From: an uncultured Planctomycetia bacterium
GTDB taxonomy: Bacteria > Omnitrophota > Gorgyraeia > VGKH01 > JBHPFN01
DNA length: 64,000 nt
Direction: 5' to 3'
Assembly: GCA_964406665.1 (NCBI GenBank)
Contig: CAYOSQ010000002.1
Coordinates: 3,598-67,597, forward strand
Positions 55,550 to 64,000 of the stretch are shown here, piece after piece (positions within the stretch are counted from its first letter, which is position 1; the number at the start of each line of letters is the position of its first letter). Made by a program: the position numbers and the translations under genes. The notes beneath the pieces were generated by a model that saw only the letters and a program-made list of their open reading frames with translations, was not told where the DNA came from and searched no databases.

Positions 55550-56892
55550 CGTCGTCCTCTGATTTGACCTGTTTTCATAAATCCTTCATAGTTTCGCATA
55601 AGTAAATGAGACTCTATTTGTTTCATAGTGTCTAGCATGACCCCGACAATAATAAGAATTCCCGTACCGCCGAAGAAAGACGCAACTAGTGGTGGAATGC
55701 CCAGCCAGGCACTTATAAAGTCAGGAAAAGTTGCTATGACAACAATGAACAATGCACCTGCTAGGGTTATGCGTGTCATTACAAAATCAAGATATTCAGC
55801 AGTTGGATTTCCTGGTCGAATGCCCGGGATAAATCCTCCATACTTCTTCATGTTTTCTGCAACATCTACAGGGTTAAATACAATAGCTGTATAGAAATAG
55901 TTAAAGAAAATAATTAAGCCTGCATAAACAAGAGTATAGAGTAAATGTCCCCTTACTAAACCTTGCGCCAATCTTTGGAATGCCGGATTGGGAATGAATG
56001 CAGCAATAGTTGCAGGGAACATAATAATAGCTTGAGCAAAGATTATTGAGATAACACCTGCTGTATCTACTTTAAGAGGAATATAGGTACTCTGTCCTCC
56101 ATAAACTCTTCTTCCGACAATTCGTCTTGCATACTGAACAGGAATTTTTCGCTGGCCTTGTGTGATAAATGTAACCGCCATGACAACGCCAACTAAAAGC
56201 CCAATCATGATTAAAAGTGTAAATGGTTCTATGGTTCCCAGTTCAGGGTTTTGCGGTGAAAGTCGAACAATCAATTCGTAAATTGCTGCAGGGATTCTAG
56301 ATATAATTCCAGCAGTAATTATAAGAGAAATACCGTTTCCAATTCCTCTTTCCTGAATTTGTTCTCCAAGCCACATTAGAAAAACAGTTCCTGCAGTTAA
56401 AGTCGCAACAGTTACTAATCTAAAACCTAATCCTGGGAAGAGGATTATTTTTAAACCTTCGAACCTGGCTGGGTTTTCTAGCCAAAGAGCGAGAAAAAAC
56501 GCTTGAACTAAACAAAGGGCAACTGTTCCAAAGCGCGTGATTTGATTAATCTTTTGATGTCCTGCCTTGCCTTCTTTTGACAATTTTTCAAGTTGTGGGA
56601 TAACTGCAGTTAATAACTGCATTATAATTGAACTTGAAATATAGGGCATGATTCCCAAGCCAAAAACAGACATTCTCTGCATGGCTCCACCGGAAAACAT
56701 ATTCATAATGCCCAAAATATTTCCGCCACCTGTAGATGTTAGTTTTTCAAAAAACTGAGAAAGAGCAGCACCGTTAATTCCTGGAGTTGGGATATAGCAT
56801 CCAACTCTGTAAACAATCAAAAGAGCTAGGGTGATGAATATCTTTTTTTTAAGCTCTGGAATTTTAAAAGCGTTTATAAATGCTTTAATCAT
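55546..56892 (-). CDS. secY: Preprotein translocase SecY
   Basis: LGIMPYI, WLGEQI..GIGNG.S, GGFIPGIRPG, GGT..LI.VGV. Confidence 0.98.
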   Translation of the reverse strand: MIKAFINAFKIPELKKKIFITLALLIVYRVGCYIPTPGINGAALSQFFEKLTSTGGGNILGIMNMFSGGAMQRMSVFGLGIMPYISSSIIMQLLTAVIPQLEKLSKEGKAGHQKINQITRFGTVALCLVQAFFLALWLENPARFEGLKIILFPGLGFRLVTVATLTAGTVFLMWLGEQIQERGIGNGISLIITAGIISRIPAAIYELIVRLSPQNPELGTIEPFTLLIMIGLLVGVVMAVTFITQGQRKIPVQYARRIVGRRVYGGQSTYIPLKVDTAGVISIIFAQAIIMFPATIAAFIPNPAFQRLAQGLVRGHLLYTLVYAGLIIFFNYFYTAIVFNPVDVAENMKKYGGFIPGIRPGNPTAEYLDFVMTRITLAGALFIVVIATFPDFISAWLGIPPLVASFFGGTGILIIVGVMLDTMKQIESHLLMRNYEGFMKTGQIRGRR

Positions 56893-57331
56893 TTATTATG
56901 TCTACTTTTCCACCGGTTTTTTTAACTTTTTCCAGCGCATTTTTTGATGCTTGATGGACTTTTATTTCTATTGCCTGCTTGAGTTCTCCCACTCCTAGCA
57001 GTTTTATTTTCTGCTTTTTATTTTTTATAATTCCGTAAGACAAAAGTAAATCTGGTGTAACTACAGTATCTTCTTTTTTAAGCTTATCAAGGCTTGCAAT
57101 ATTTACTAATTGAAATTCTTCGTTTTTATGGTTAAATCCTCTTTTGGGGATTCTTCTGATTAAAGGAACCTGTCCACCTTCAAAGCCTAAAATTGTTCCT
57201 CGACCGGAACGTGCGTTTTGTCCTTTTTGTCCTCTGCCAGAAGTCCTTCCATGACCAGAAGCATGGCCTCTTCCAAAAAGCTTTACTTTTCTATTGGCTC
57301 CTTTGGGAGCTTTTAAATTATGCAGACTCAT
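56885..57331 (-). CDS. rplO: 50S ribosomal protein uL15
   Basis: GRG..SG.G.TSGRG.KGQ.AR, FEGGQ.PL.RR.PKRGF. Confidence 0.98.
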   Translation of the reverse strand: MSLHNLKAPKGANRKVKLFGRGHASGHGRTSGRGQKGQNARSGRGTILGFEGGQVPLIRRIPKRGFNHKNEEFQLVNIASLDKLKKEDTVVTPDLLLSYGIIKNKKQKIKLLGVGELKQAIEIKVHQASKNALEKVKKTGGKVDIIND

Positions 57332-57842
57332 CTTCTTTTTCCTTGAGTTCTTGTTCTTGCGTTTTGATTTCTTCCGTTGGCGCTTCCACAGCTATGGGCT
57401 TCAGTCTTCCGAGACCATTGAGCGTAGCTTTAATTACATTAATAGGATTGTTGGTTTTTAAACATTTGGTGAGGATATCTTTTATTCCCACAGCGTCACA
57501 AACAGCTCTAACCGGTCCTGAGGCGATAACTCCAGTACCAGCAGCAGCAGGTTTGAGTAATACTTTTGCAGCACCATAGTGCCCAAGAATTTCATGTGTG
57601 ATGGTTGTCTTGCGCATTGGAACAGCAAACATATTCTTTTTTGCGACTGAAAGACCTTTTCTTATGGCATCAGCAACTTCATTGGCCTTGCCTAGTGCCA
57701 TTCCTACATTACCTGAGGCGTCACCGACAACAACTAATGCGCTAAAAGATAGTTTTTTTCCACCCTTTGTTACTTTTGTAACTCGGCTTATTTTAATAAT
57801 CTTTTCTACAAATTCACTTACTTGAAAATCTGTATTAGCCAT
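57318..57842 (-). CDS. rpsE: 30S ribosomal protein uS5
   Basis: [24 protein letters not shown]. Confidence 0.98.
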   Translation of the reverse strand: MANTDFQVSEFVEKIIKISRVTKVTKGGKKLSFSALVVVGDASGNVGMALGKANEVADAIRKGLSVAKKNMFAVPMRKTTITHEILGHYGAAKVLLKPAAAGTGVIASGPVRAVCDAVGIKDILTKCLKTNNPINVIKATLNGLGRLKPIAVEAPTEEIKTQEQELKEKEDESA

Positions 57843-58207
57843 TAGAATTTTAACCCTTCTTTTCTAGCTGCTTCTGCTAAAGCTTTTACTCTTCCGTGAT
57901 ATAAATATCCACCTCTATCAAAAGCAATCTTTTCTATTCCTTTTTCTTTTGCTTTTTTAGCAATTATTTGTCCTAGCACAGCTGCAGCTTTTGCATTTCC
58001 ACCGTATTTCAACGTTGATTTAATTTCCTTGTTTAGCGTTGAGGCGCTTATAATAACCTTTCCGCTAGTATCATCGATGATTTGAGCATAAATATTTTTT
58101 AGAGCCCTGTATACATTTAAACGAGGTTTTTCAGGAGTTCCCACAAGTTTTTTCCTGAGCCTTTCATGCCTTATTCTTCTGACTGGTTTTCTTCTAGTAT
58201 TTTTCAC
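57842..58207 (-). CDS. rplR: 50S ribosomal protein uL18
   Basis: PRL.V.R....[22 protein letters not shown]. Confidence 0.98.
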   Translation of the reverse strand: MKNTRRKPVRRIRHERLRKKLVGTPEKPRLNVYRALKNIYAQIIDDTSGKVIISASTLNKEIKSTLKYGGNAKAAAVLGQIIAKKAKEKGIEKIAFDRGGYLYHGRVKALAEAARKEGLKF

Positions 58208-58221
58208 GATAATCCCTGATT

Positions 58222-58761
58222 TTATTTAGTTACTGCTTTTCCTTGTTTTCTTCTTACGTATTCACCAACGTATCTAATGCCTTTACCCTTGTAGGGTTCT
58301 GGTTTACGGATTATTCTAATCTCAGCGGCAACTTGTCCCACGCGGGCTTTATCAATCCCTTCAATGACTATTTGAGTAGGCTTTGGTACTGTAACCTTGA
58401 CATCATCGGGTATTGCATATTCTACTGGATGAGAAAATCCAAGCTGAAGGTTTAAATTCTTTCCCTGTAGTTGAGCCCTAAAGCCTACGCCATTAATTTC
58501 TAGTTCTTTTTTGTAGCCCTCAGTTACTCCTGCCATCATATTAAAAATGACAGTTCTGCTAACTCCGTGTAAAGATTTCTGAATCTTAGAGTCGTCTGAT
58601 CTGGTTACTATAACAGTATTATCGGCAACTTCCGCCTTGATTCCGCTTGGAAGCTCAAACTGTAGTTTACCCTTAGGCCCCTCAACATTAACTAGACCAT
58701 TATTGTTTGCAACTTTAACTTTATCGGGTATTTGTACTGGAACTTTTCCTATTCTTGACAT
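58222..58761 (-). CDS. rplF: 50S ribosomal protein uL6
   Basis: [24 protein letters not shown]. Confidence 0.98.
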   Translation of the reverse strand: MSRIGKVPVQIPDKVKVANNNGLVNVEGPKGKLQFELPSGIKAEVADNTVIVTRSDDSKIQKSLHGVSRTVIFNMMAGVTEGYKKELEINGVGFRAQLQGKNLNLQLGFSHPVEYAIPDDVKVTVPKPTQIVIEGIDKARVGQVAAEIRIIRKPEPYKGKGIRYVGEYVRRKQGKAVTK

Positions 58762-58767
58762 TTTAGT

Positions 58768-59166
58768 CTACCATATATTGCAAAGTACTTCTCCGCCAAT
58801 ATTTTCTTTTCTTGCTTGTTTATCTGTTAAGATACCTTTGTTTGTTGACAAAATAGCAATACCCAATCCGTTTAGAACATAAGGAATCTTATGTTTATTG
58901 ACATATATCCTAAGTCCTGAACGAGACACTTTTTTTAAGCCCGTTATCGCAGAAACATGTTTTGAATCGTATTTTAGATAAACTTTAATTTTTCCCTGTT
59001 TGGTGTCTTCGATTGATCTGAAATTTTCAATGTAACCCTCTTTTTTTAAGATGTCAGCGATAGAAAGCATCATTTTAGAAGAAGGCATTTCAACCGAGAC
59101 TTTGTTTACTCGGGAAGCATTTCTAATCATTGTTAGCATATTTGCAACGGAATCTGTAAGCGACAT
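58768..59166 (-). CDS. rpsH: 30S ribosomal protein uS8
   Basis: D..A.MLT.IRNA, L..EGYI, GLGIAILST.KG, GGEV.C..W. Confidence 0.98.
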   Translation of the reverse strand: MSLTDSVANMLTMIRNASRVNKVSVEMPSSKMMLSIADILKKEGYIENFRSIEDTKQGKIKVYLKYDSKHVSAITGLKKVSRSGLRIYVNKHKIPYVLNGLGIAILSTNKGILTDKQARKENIGGEVLCNIW

Positions 59167-59181
59167 AATTTCTCCTAAATA

Positions 59182-59367
59182 TTACCAGCTTGCTTTTTTT
59201 ATGCCAGGAATTTGCCCTTTCCAGGCGAACTCTCTAAAGCAAATTCGACAGAGTTTAAATCTTCTAAGAAATCCTCTTCTTCTACCGCAGTTCCCACAAC
59301 GATTGTAAGCTCTTGTGCTGAATTTTGGTTTTCTCTGCCATCTAGCAATTTGTGACGTTTTTGCCAT
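59182..59367 (-). CDS. rpsZ: 30S ribosomal protein uS14, Zn-binding type
   Basis: [21 protein letters not shown], 61 aa. Confidence 0.97.
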   Translation of the reverse strand: MAKTSQIARWQRKPKFSTRAYNRCGNCGRRRGFLRRFKLCRICFREFAWKGQIPGIKKASW

Positions 59368-59380
59368 TTTTTTCCTTTAA

Positions 59381-59923
59381 CTAATTTTTAAAAGGCATTC
59401 CGAAAAGCCTTAAAAGCTCCTTAGCTTCTTCATTGGTTTTAGCACTTGTAACTATGCAAATATCCATTCCCTGAACACGATGAATTTTATCATATTCTAT
59501 TTCAGGAAAAATAGATTGGTCTTTTAATCCTAAGGTGTAGTTGCCTGCACCATCAAATGCTTTTCCGGAAACACCAGAAAAATCTCGAATTCTAGGCAGA
59601 GCAGAATTGATCAACCTGCCTAAAAATTCATACATGATAACTTTTCTAAGAGTAACTTTGCATCCAACAGGATTTCCATCCCTAATTTTAAAATTAGAAA
59701 TAGCTTTGCGAGCTCTGCATATAACTGGTTTTTGTCCAGTGATTGTAGAAAGTTCTTTCATGGCGTCTTCAAGAATTTTAATATCCTGACTTCCTTCGCC
59801 AACACCCATGTTTACGATAACTTTTTGAAGCTTCGGTACCTGTAGCCGGTTTTTGTATCCGAACTTTTTTACCATTTCCGGTACTATTTCACTTTTATAT
59901 TTTTCTAATAAACTAGCAGTCAT
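59381..59923 (-). CDS. rplE: 50S ribosomal protein uL5
   Basis: NMGVGE, ITGQKP, LPRIRDF, FDG.GNY, FPEI. Confidence 0.98.
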   Translation of the reverse strand: MTASLLEKYKSEIVPEMVKKFGYKNRLQVPKLQKVIVNMGVGEGSQDIKILEDAMKELSTITGQKPVICRARKAISNFKIRDGNPVGCKVTLRKVIMYEFLGRLINSALPRIRDFSGVSGKAFDGAGNYTLGLKDQSIFPEIEYDKIHRVQGMDICIVTSAKTNEEAKELLRLFGMPFKN

Positions 59924-59925
59924 GA

Positions 59926-60237
59926 TTATATAACCTCACCGCATTTTCGGCATAATCTAGCTTTAGAGCCATCATTTAATTTCTTCGCACCGATCCTTGT
60001 TGGTTTATTGCAATGTTTGCATAATAGCATTACATTTGAGATGTTCAGTAAAGATTCTTTTTCTACAACGCCAGCTTTTTGATCTTCTCGTGTGCGTCGC
60101 ATATGCTTTTTTACAAGATTAATTCTTTCAACAAGAATGCGTCCTTTTTCGGGGATAACTTTTAAAACCTTACCTTTTTTACCCTTATCTTTTCCTGTCA
60201 TTACCTGTACTGTGTCTTCTTTTTTTATTCTAAACAT
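59926..60237 (-). CDS. rplX: 50S ribosomal protein uL24
   Basis: IKK.D.V.V..GKDKGK.GKV, ISNV. Confidence 0.97.
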   Translation of the reverse strand: MFRIKKEDTVQVMTGKDKGKKGKVLKVIPEKGRILVERINLVKKHMRRTREDQKAGVVEKESLLNISNVMLLCKHCNKPTRIGAKKLNDGSKARLCRKCGEVI

Positions 60238-60238
60238 T

Positions 60239-60607
60239 TTAAAGCACTTCCGGGGCTAAAGAAATTATTTTCATGAAGTCTTTGTCTCTTAATTCTCTTG
60301 CGACTGGACCAAAAACTCTAGTACCTCTTGGATTATTTTGCGCATCAATAATTACAATTGCATTTCTATCAAATCTTAGATAGGAGCCATCACAGCGTCG
60401 GATTGGCTCTTTAGTTCTTACGATAACACCTTGGACCTTTTCTCCTTTTTTAACTGCAGAATTGGGTGCGGCTTCTTTAATGTTTGCAGTTATGATGTCA
60501 CCTATCTCAGCGTATCTTCTTCCTTTTCTTCCTCGAACGCCTATGCAAGATGCTTTTCTTGCACCGGTGTTATCTGCGACATCTAGGACTGATTTCATCT
60601 GTATCAT
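60239..60607 (-). CDS. rplN: 50S ribosomal protein uL14
   Basis: [27 protein letters not shown]. Confidence 0.98.
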   Translation of the reverse strand: MIQMKSVLDVADNTGARKASCIGVRGRKGRRYAEIGDIITANIKEAAPNSAVKKGEKVQGVIVRTKEPIRRCDGSYLRFDRNAIVIIDAQNNPRGTRVFGPVARELRDKDFMKIISLAPEVL

Positions 60608-60611
60608 GCTG

Positions 60612-60875
60612 CTATTTCCTTTCGGCTGTCAAGATTTCTACAAGACGCCAACGTTTCTCTTTAGATAATGGTCTAGTTTCTGAGATTTTTACTCTATCTC
60701 CAACTTTAGATGAGTTTTCTTCATCGTGAATCTTGAATTTGCGCACTAGTTTTACTACTTTTCCATATAGTTTGTGTTGAGTGGTATCTCTTACTTCAAC
60801 GACACGAGTTTTATTCATCTTATCGGATACAACAATGCCGATTCTTTCTTTTCTTTTAGTTCTTTTCTGTTCCAT
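60612..60875 (-). CDS. rpsQ: 30S ribosomal protein uS17
   Basis: G.VVSDKM.KT, HDE, ETRPLSK.KRW. Confidence 0.98.
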   Translation of the reverse strand: MEQKRTKRKERIGIVVSDKMNKTRVVEVRDTTQHKLYGKVVKLVRKFKIHDEENSSKVGDRVKISETRPLSKEKRWRLVEILTAERK

Positions 60876-61056
60876 CTTTTTCCTTTTTCACAGTCTTGAT
60901 TCTAGCTATGTCTTTTTTGAGTTGTTTGAATACATGCGGTTTTTCAACACGACCGAATTTTCTCTGATAGTTGAGGTTAAATAGTTGTTGCTTTAGGTCG
61001 TTTTCTTTTATGTCTAATTCTTCTTTTGTTAAGTTTCTTATTTCTTCAGTTTTCAT
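60856..61056 (-). CDS. rpmC: 50S ribosomal protein uL29
   Basis: EIR..T.EEL, LFNL, KDIARI.T. Confidence 0.95.
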   Translation of the reverse strand: MKTEEIRNLTKEELDIKENDLKQQLFNLNYQRKFGRVEKPHVFKQLKKDIARIKTVKKEKDGTEKN

Positions 61057-61071
61057 TATTTCCTCTATTAT

Positions 61072-61488
61072 CTACGTATGTGAGCGTGAAACAAATTTTG
61101 TTCGAACAGGTAGTTTATATGAAGCTAGGTTAAATACCTGACGCGCCAGTTCTTCAGGAATTCCACCCAATTCGAACATAATGCAACCTCTTTTCACTAC
61201 AGCAATCCAGTGGTCAGTTTCACCCTTTCCTTTACCCATGCGAGTTTCAGCAGGTTTTTTGGTTACTGACTTATCTGGAAAAATTCGTATCCAAAGTTTT
61301 CCGCCGCGGCGTAATCTTCTAGTTAGCACAACTCTAACAGCTTCGATTTGATTGTTCCTTATCCAGCCATTTTCTAAAGCTTTCAAACCAAATTCACCAA
61401 AACTGAGAGTACTGCCTTTAGTTGCTATGCCTCTCATCTTGCCTCGATGAACTCTTCTGTATTTCACTCTTTTTGGAATAAGCACCAT
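61072..61488 (-). CDS. rplP: 50S ribosomal protein uL16
   Basis: PKR.KYR, QIEA.R, KP.E.RMGKGKG. Confidence 0.98.
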   Translation of the reverse strand: MVLIPKRVKYRRVHRGKMRGIATKGSTLSFGEFGLKALENGWIRNNQIEAVRVVLTRRLRRGGKLWIRIFPDKSVTKKPAETRMGKGKGETDHWIAVVKRGCIMFELGGIPEELARQVFNLASYKLPVRTKFVSRSHT

Positions 61489-61499
61489 TACTTTTTACC

Positions 61500-62165
61500 T
61501 CAGCTTACGGTTTTTTCTTCCGTAACTTCTTTCTTGCTTAGGATTGAATCACCCTTATAAATCCATGTTTTTATACCAATTTTTCCGTATGTGGTTCTTG
61601 CTTCTGTAAATCCATAATCAATGTCAGCGCGAAAAGTTTGAAGAGGGATTTTTCCTCTTTTGTAAGACTCTTTTCTGGACATTTCTTGTCCGCCTAATCT
61701 TCCTGAACACATTACTTTGATACCTTTCGCCCCTGCGTTTATAGATTGTTCAATAGCGCGTTTCATTGCGCGACGAAATGCGATACGCTTTTCAAGCTGC
61801 AAAGCAATATTCTCTGAAACAAGTTGTGCTTCTAGGAATGTATTTTTGATTTCCACAATATCAATAGCGACATCTCTTTTAATAATTCCTTGAAGATCGT
61901 CTCGTAGTTTTTCAATATCTACTCCACGACGACCGATTATCATACCTGGCCTCGCTGTTCTAATTCTGATTTTTGTTCTGGAGGTTAATCTTTCAATTAT
62001 AATATGAGCAATTGCTGCTTGATAGAATTTTTTCTTAATATGATCTCTAATCTTAATATCTTCATGAAGATTAGCAGCAAAATCACTTTTTTTCGCAAAC
62101 CAAAGACTTTCCCAGGTTTTATTTATTCCAATTCTTTGTATTAATGGATGAACTTTTTGTCCCAT
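61500..62165 (-). CDS. rpsC: 30S ribosomal protein uS3
   Basis: MGQKVHP, RPG.IIG, GRL.G.E, PLQT.RADIDY. Confidence 0.98.
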   Translation of the reverse strand: MGQKVHPLIQRIGINKTWESLWFAKKSDFAANLHEDIKIRDHIKKKFYQAAIAHIIIERLTSRTKIRIRTARPGMIIGRRGVDIEKLRDDLQGIIKRDVAIDIVEIKNTFLEAQLVSENIALQLEKRIAFRRAMKRAIEQSINAGAKGIKVMCSGRLGGQEMSRKESYKRGKIPLQTFRADIDYGFTEARTTYGKIGIKTWIYKGDSILSKKEVTEEKTVS

Positions 62166-62177
62166 AAACTCACCTTG

Positions 62178-62507
62178 TTATTTAATATCTAGTTCAATTT
62201 TAATGTGTGAAGTTCTCTTTCTGATTCTATTTGCTCTTCCGAAAGGAACGGCCCTAAATCTTTTCCACATTGGTCCTTCGTCTGCAACTACTTTAGAAAT
62301 ATATAGTTGTTCAGGCTGAAGTCCCTTTTGTTTAGCATTGCTTACAGCTGAACGTAAGATTTTTTCAACAGAAACTTTTGGTCTAGTATTAATACTACCT
62401 AGCGTTGCTAAGGCAGCATTAATTTCTTGTCCTCTGATTAGGTCAATTAGTAGCCTAGTTTTTTTAGGTGATACTCTTATGAACTTTCCGCTTGCTTTAG
62501 CTATCAT
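62178..62507 (-). CDS. rplV: 50S ribosomal protein uL22
   Basis: R.SP.K.R...DLIRG, SA..NA, GRA..I.KRTSHI. Confidence 0.97.
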   Translation of the reverse strand: MIAKASGKFIRVSPKKTRLLIDLIRGQEINAALATLGSINTRPKVSVEKILRSAVSNAKQKGLQPEQLYISKVVADEGPMWKRFRAVPFGRANRIRKRTSHIKIELDIK

Positions 62508-62791
62508 GTTTTATCTGCTGCTTTCTTAGCTTTAACTCCACCATGTTTTCTAAAAATTCTAGTTGGCGCGAATTCGCCTAATTTATGTCCAACCATGTTT
62601 TCTGTGATGAAAACGGGGATGTGCTTGCGCCCATCGTGTACAGCAATTGTGTATCCAACAAAATCAGGTATTACCATTGATCGTCTGGACCATGTTTTTA
62701 CAGGTTGTTTCAGGCCTGTTTTGCGCATTTTCTCAACTTTTTTAACCAGACTTTCTTGTACAAATGGTCCTTTTTTCAGCGATCGCGGCAT
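62504..62791 (-). CDS. rpsS: 30S ribosomal protein uS19
   Basis: [27 protein letters not shown]. Confidence 0.98.
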   Translation of the reverse strand: MPRSLKKGPFVQESLVKKVEKMRKTGLKQPVKTWSRRSMVIPDFVGYTIAVHDGRKHIPVFITENMVGHKLGEFAPTRIFRKHGGVKAKKAADKT

Positions 62792-62792
62792 A

Positions 62793-63626
62793 TTAGTTCC
62801 TCTTTTTAACTATAAGTTTGTCTGAATACTTAGTACGTTTACGAGTTTTGTAACCTTTAGTCGGCTTTCCCCAAGGTGTCACCGGGTGAGGATTTCCTTG
62901 TCCAGCTTTACCTTCGCCTCCACCGTGAGGGTGGTCATGGGGATTCATTACAACACCTCTAGTCTGTGGTTTTCTACCTAGCCATCTGGCCCTTCCGGCT
63001 TTTCCGAGTTGAATAGAGCTATGTTCAGTATTTCCTAGTTGGCCGATAGTAGCTGTGCATTCCTGGCTGAAGATTCTAACTTCGCCAGAGGGTAAGCGTA
63101 CTTGTGCAAAATTATTTTCTTTAGCAACAATTTGTGCAGATGACCCCGCACTTCTTACAATCTGGCCGCCTCTGCCCTGAGCCAATTCTAAATTGTGAAT
63201 AGATGTTCCCAGAGGAATATTGCGTAAGGTTAAACAATTTCCAGCCTTTATTTCTATATCAGATTGTCTGCTGCTTATTACTTCATCTCCAACCTTTAGT
63301 CCTAGAGGTGCGAGAATATAATTCTTTTCTTTGTTGGGATATTCAATTAAAGCTATTCTACTAGAGCGATTTGGATCATATTCAATAGCTATAACATTTG
63401 CAATAGTATCTATTTTATTTCTTTTGAAATCAATTATTCTGTACATGCGTTTATGACCGCCAGATTTTGCCCTAGCAGTTATGCGTCCGTACATATTTCT
63501 TCCACCAGATTTTTTGAGTGGTTCAAGTAGGCTCTTCTGTGGTTTTTTCTTAGTAATATCTTTAAAATCAGATATTATCGTTTTTCTTAAAGATGAAGTT
63601 GTTGGTTTGAATCGTCTTACGCCCAT
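62793..63626 (-). CDS. rplB: 50S ribosomal protein uL2
   Basis: [27 protein letters not shown]. Confidence 0.98.
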   Translation of the reverse strand: MGVRRFKPTTSSLRKTIISDFKDITKKKPQKSLLEPLKKSGGRNMYGRITARAKSGGHKRMYRIIDFKRNKIDTIANVIAIEYDPNRSSRIALIEYPNKEKNYILAPLGLKVGDEVISSRQSDIEIKAGNCLTLRNIPLGTSIHNLELAQGRGGQIVRSAGSSAQIVAKENNFAQVRLPSGEVRIFSQECTATIGQLGNTEHSSIQLGKAGRARWLGRKPQTRGVVMNPHDHPHGGGEGKAGQGNPHPVTPWGKPTKGYKTRKRTKYSDKLIVKKRN

Positions 63627-63904
63627 TATGTTACCTCTATTGAGTTTCCTTCTTTTAGTGTTACAACTGCTTTTTTCCAGTCAGGGGTTTTACCTTGTTG
63701 ATAGCGAACTCTTTTTAATTTTCCGTGCACAATCATCGTATTGACGCTATCTACTTTTACTTTGTAAATTTCTTCAACCGCTTTTCTTATCTGAACTTTG
63801 TTGGCTGCCTTAGCTACTAAAAATAAATATTTTCTTTCAGCTTCTAGGTCTGTTCCTTTTTCAGTGCGAATTAAAGTATTTATAATATCATAATTATTAA
63901 TCAT
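63626..63904 (-). CDS. rplW: 50S ribosomal protein uL23
   Basis: TEK, ANK.QI..AVE.IY.VKV..VNT, WKKA.VTL. Confidence 0.97.
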   Translation of the reverse strand: MINNYDIINTLIRTEKGTDLEAERKYLFLVAKAANKVQIRKAVEEIYKVKVDSVNTMIVHGKLKRVRYQQGKTPDWKKAVVTLKEGNSIEVT

Positions 63905-63907
63905 TTT

Positions 63908-64000
63908 CTATCTCAATCTTTGAATTATTTTTTTCAATGCCGACTTTGTTATGAGGATTTTTTTATGTCTTAAAACATCATAAGCCGTTGCTTCTTGAGC
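63908..64000 (-). CDS. rplD: 50S ribosomal protein uL4, 3' end only
   Basis: AQEATAYDVLRHKKILITKSALKKIIQRLR*, directly upstream of rplW. Confidence 0.9.
   Translation of the reverse strand, partial: AQEATAYDVLRHKKILITKSALKKIIQRLR

Noticed and set aside
2863-63744. Many + strand ORFs of 60-153 aa in the ORF track
   Set aside because: They are antisense shadows of well-supported - strand genes and show no motifs or RBS
1-64000. CRISPR arrays, IS elements, prophage, rRNA
   Set aside because: No regularly spaced repeats, transposase, integrase or phage motifs, or rRNA-like sequence; intergenic space is minimal

Overview
AT-rich bacterial chromosomal segment, most likely from a PVC-superphylum diderm (PVC signature small basic protein at 20257-20532; gene style suggests Ca. 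Omnitrophota, which is an inference). A XerCD dif site at 2004-2031 marks the probable replication terminus. Genes converge on it: three on + to the left, and essentially all on - to the right except an exeA/exeB-like pair. Left of dif are a broken exopolysaccharide-export locus (truncated wza joined to an orphan 3' gene end) and a DUF134 gene with a palindromic operator. Right of dif is a lexA-small gene-dinB SOS mutagenesis cassette with an apparently non-canonical LexA box. The rest is about 60 kb of tightly packed housekeeping genes: envelope genes, a GH161-like phosphorylase, c-di-GMP proteins, thiC overlapping tRNA-Gly(CCC), a Firmicutes-like aroQ-pepP-efp-accBC-asp23-amaP block, a glycolipid trio, a lipoyl-carrier/LipB/Lpd/MDH/IDH/LeuCD/AspC block with pilT between the two isomerase subunits, and the S10-spc-alpha ribosomal cluster (no rpmD; bL17 has a long tail ending in an amphipathic helix). 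No CRISPR array, rRNA, transposase or phage genes were seen. All protein calls come from motif recognition, without database searches.
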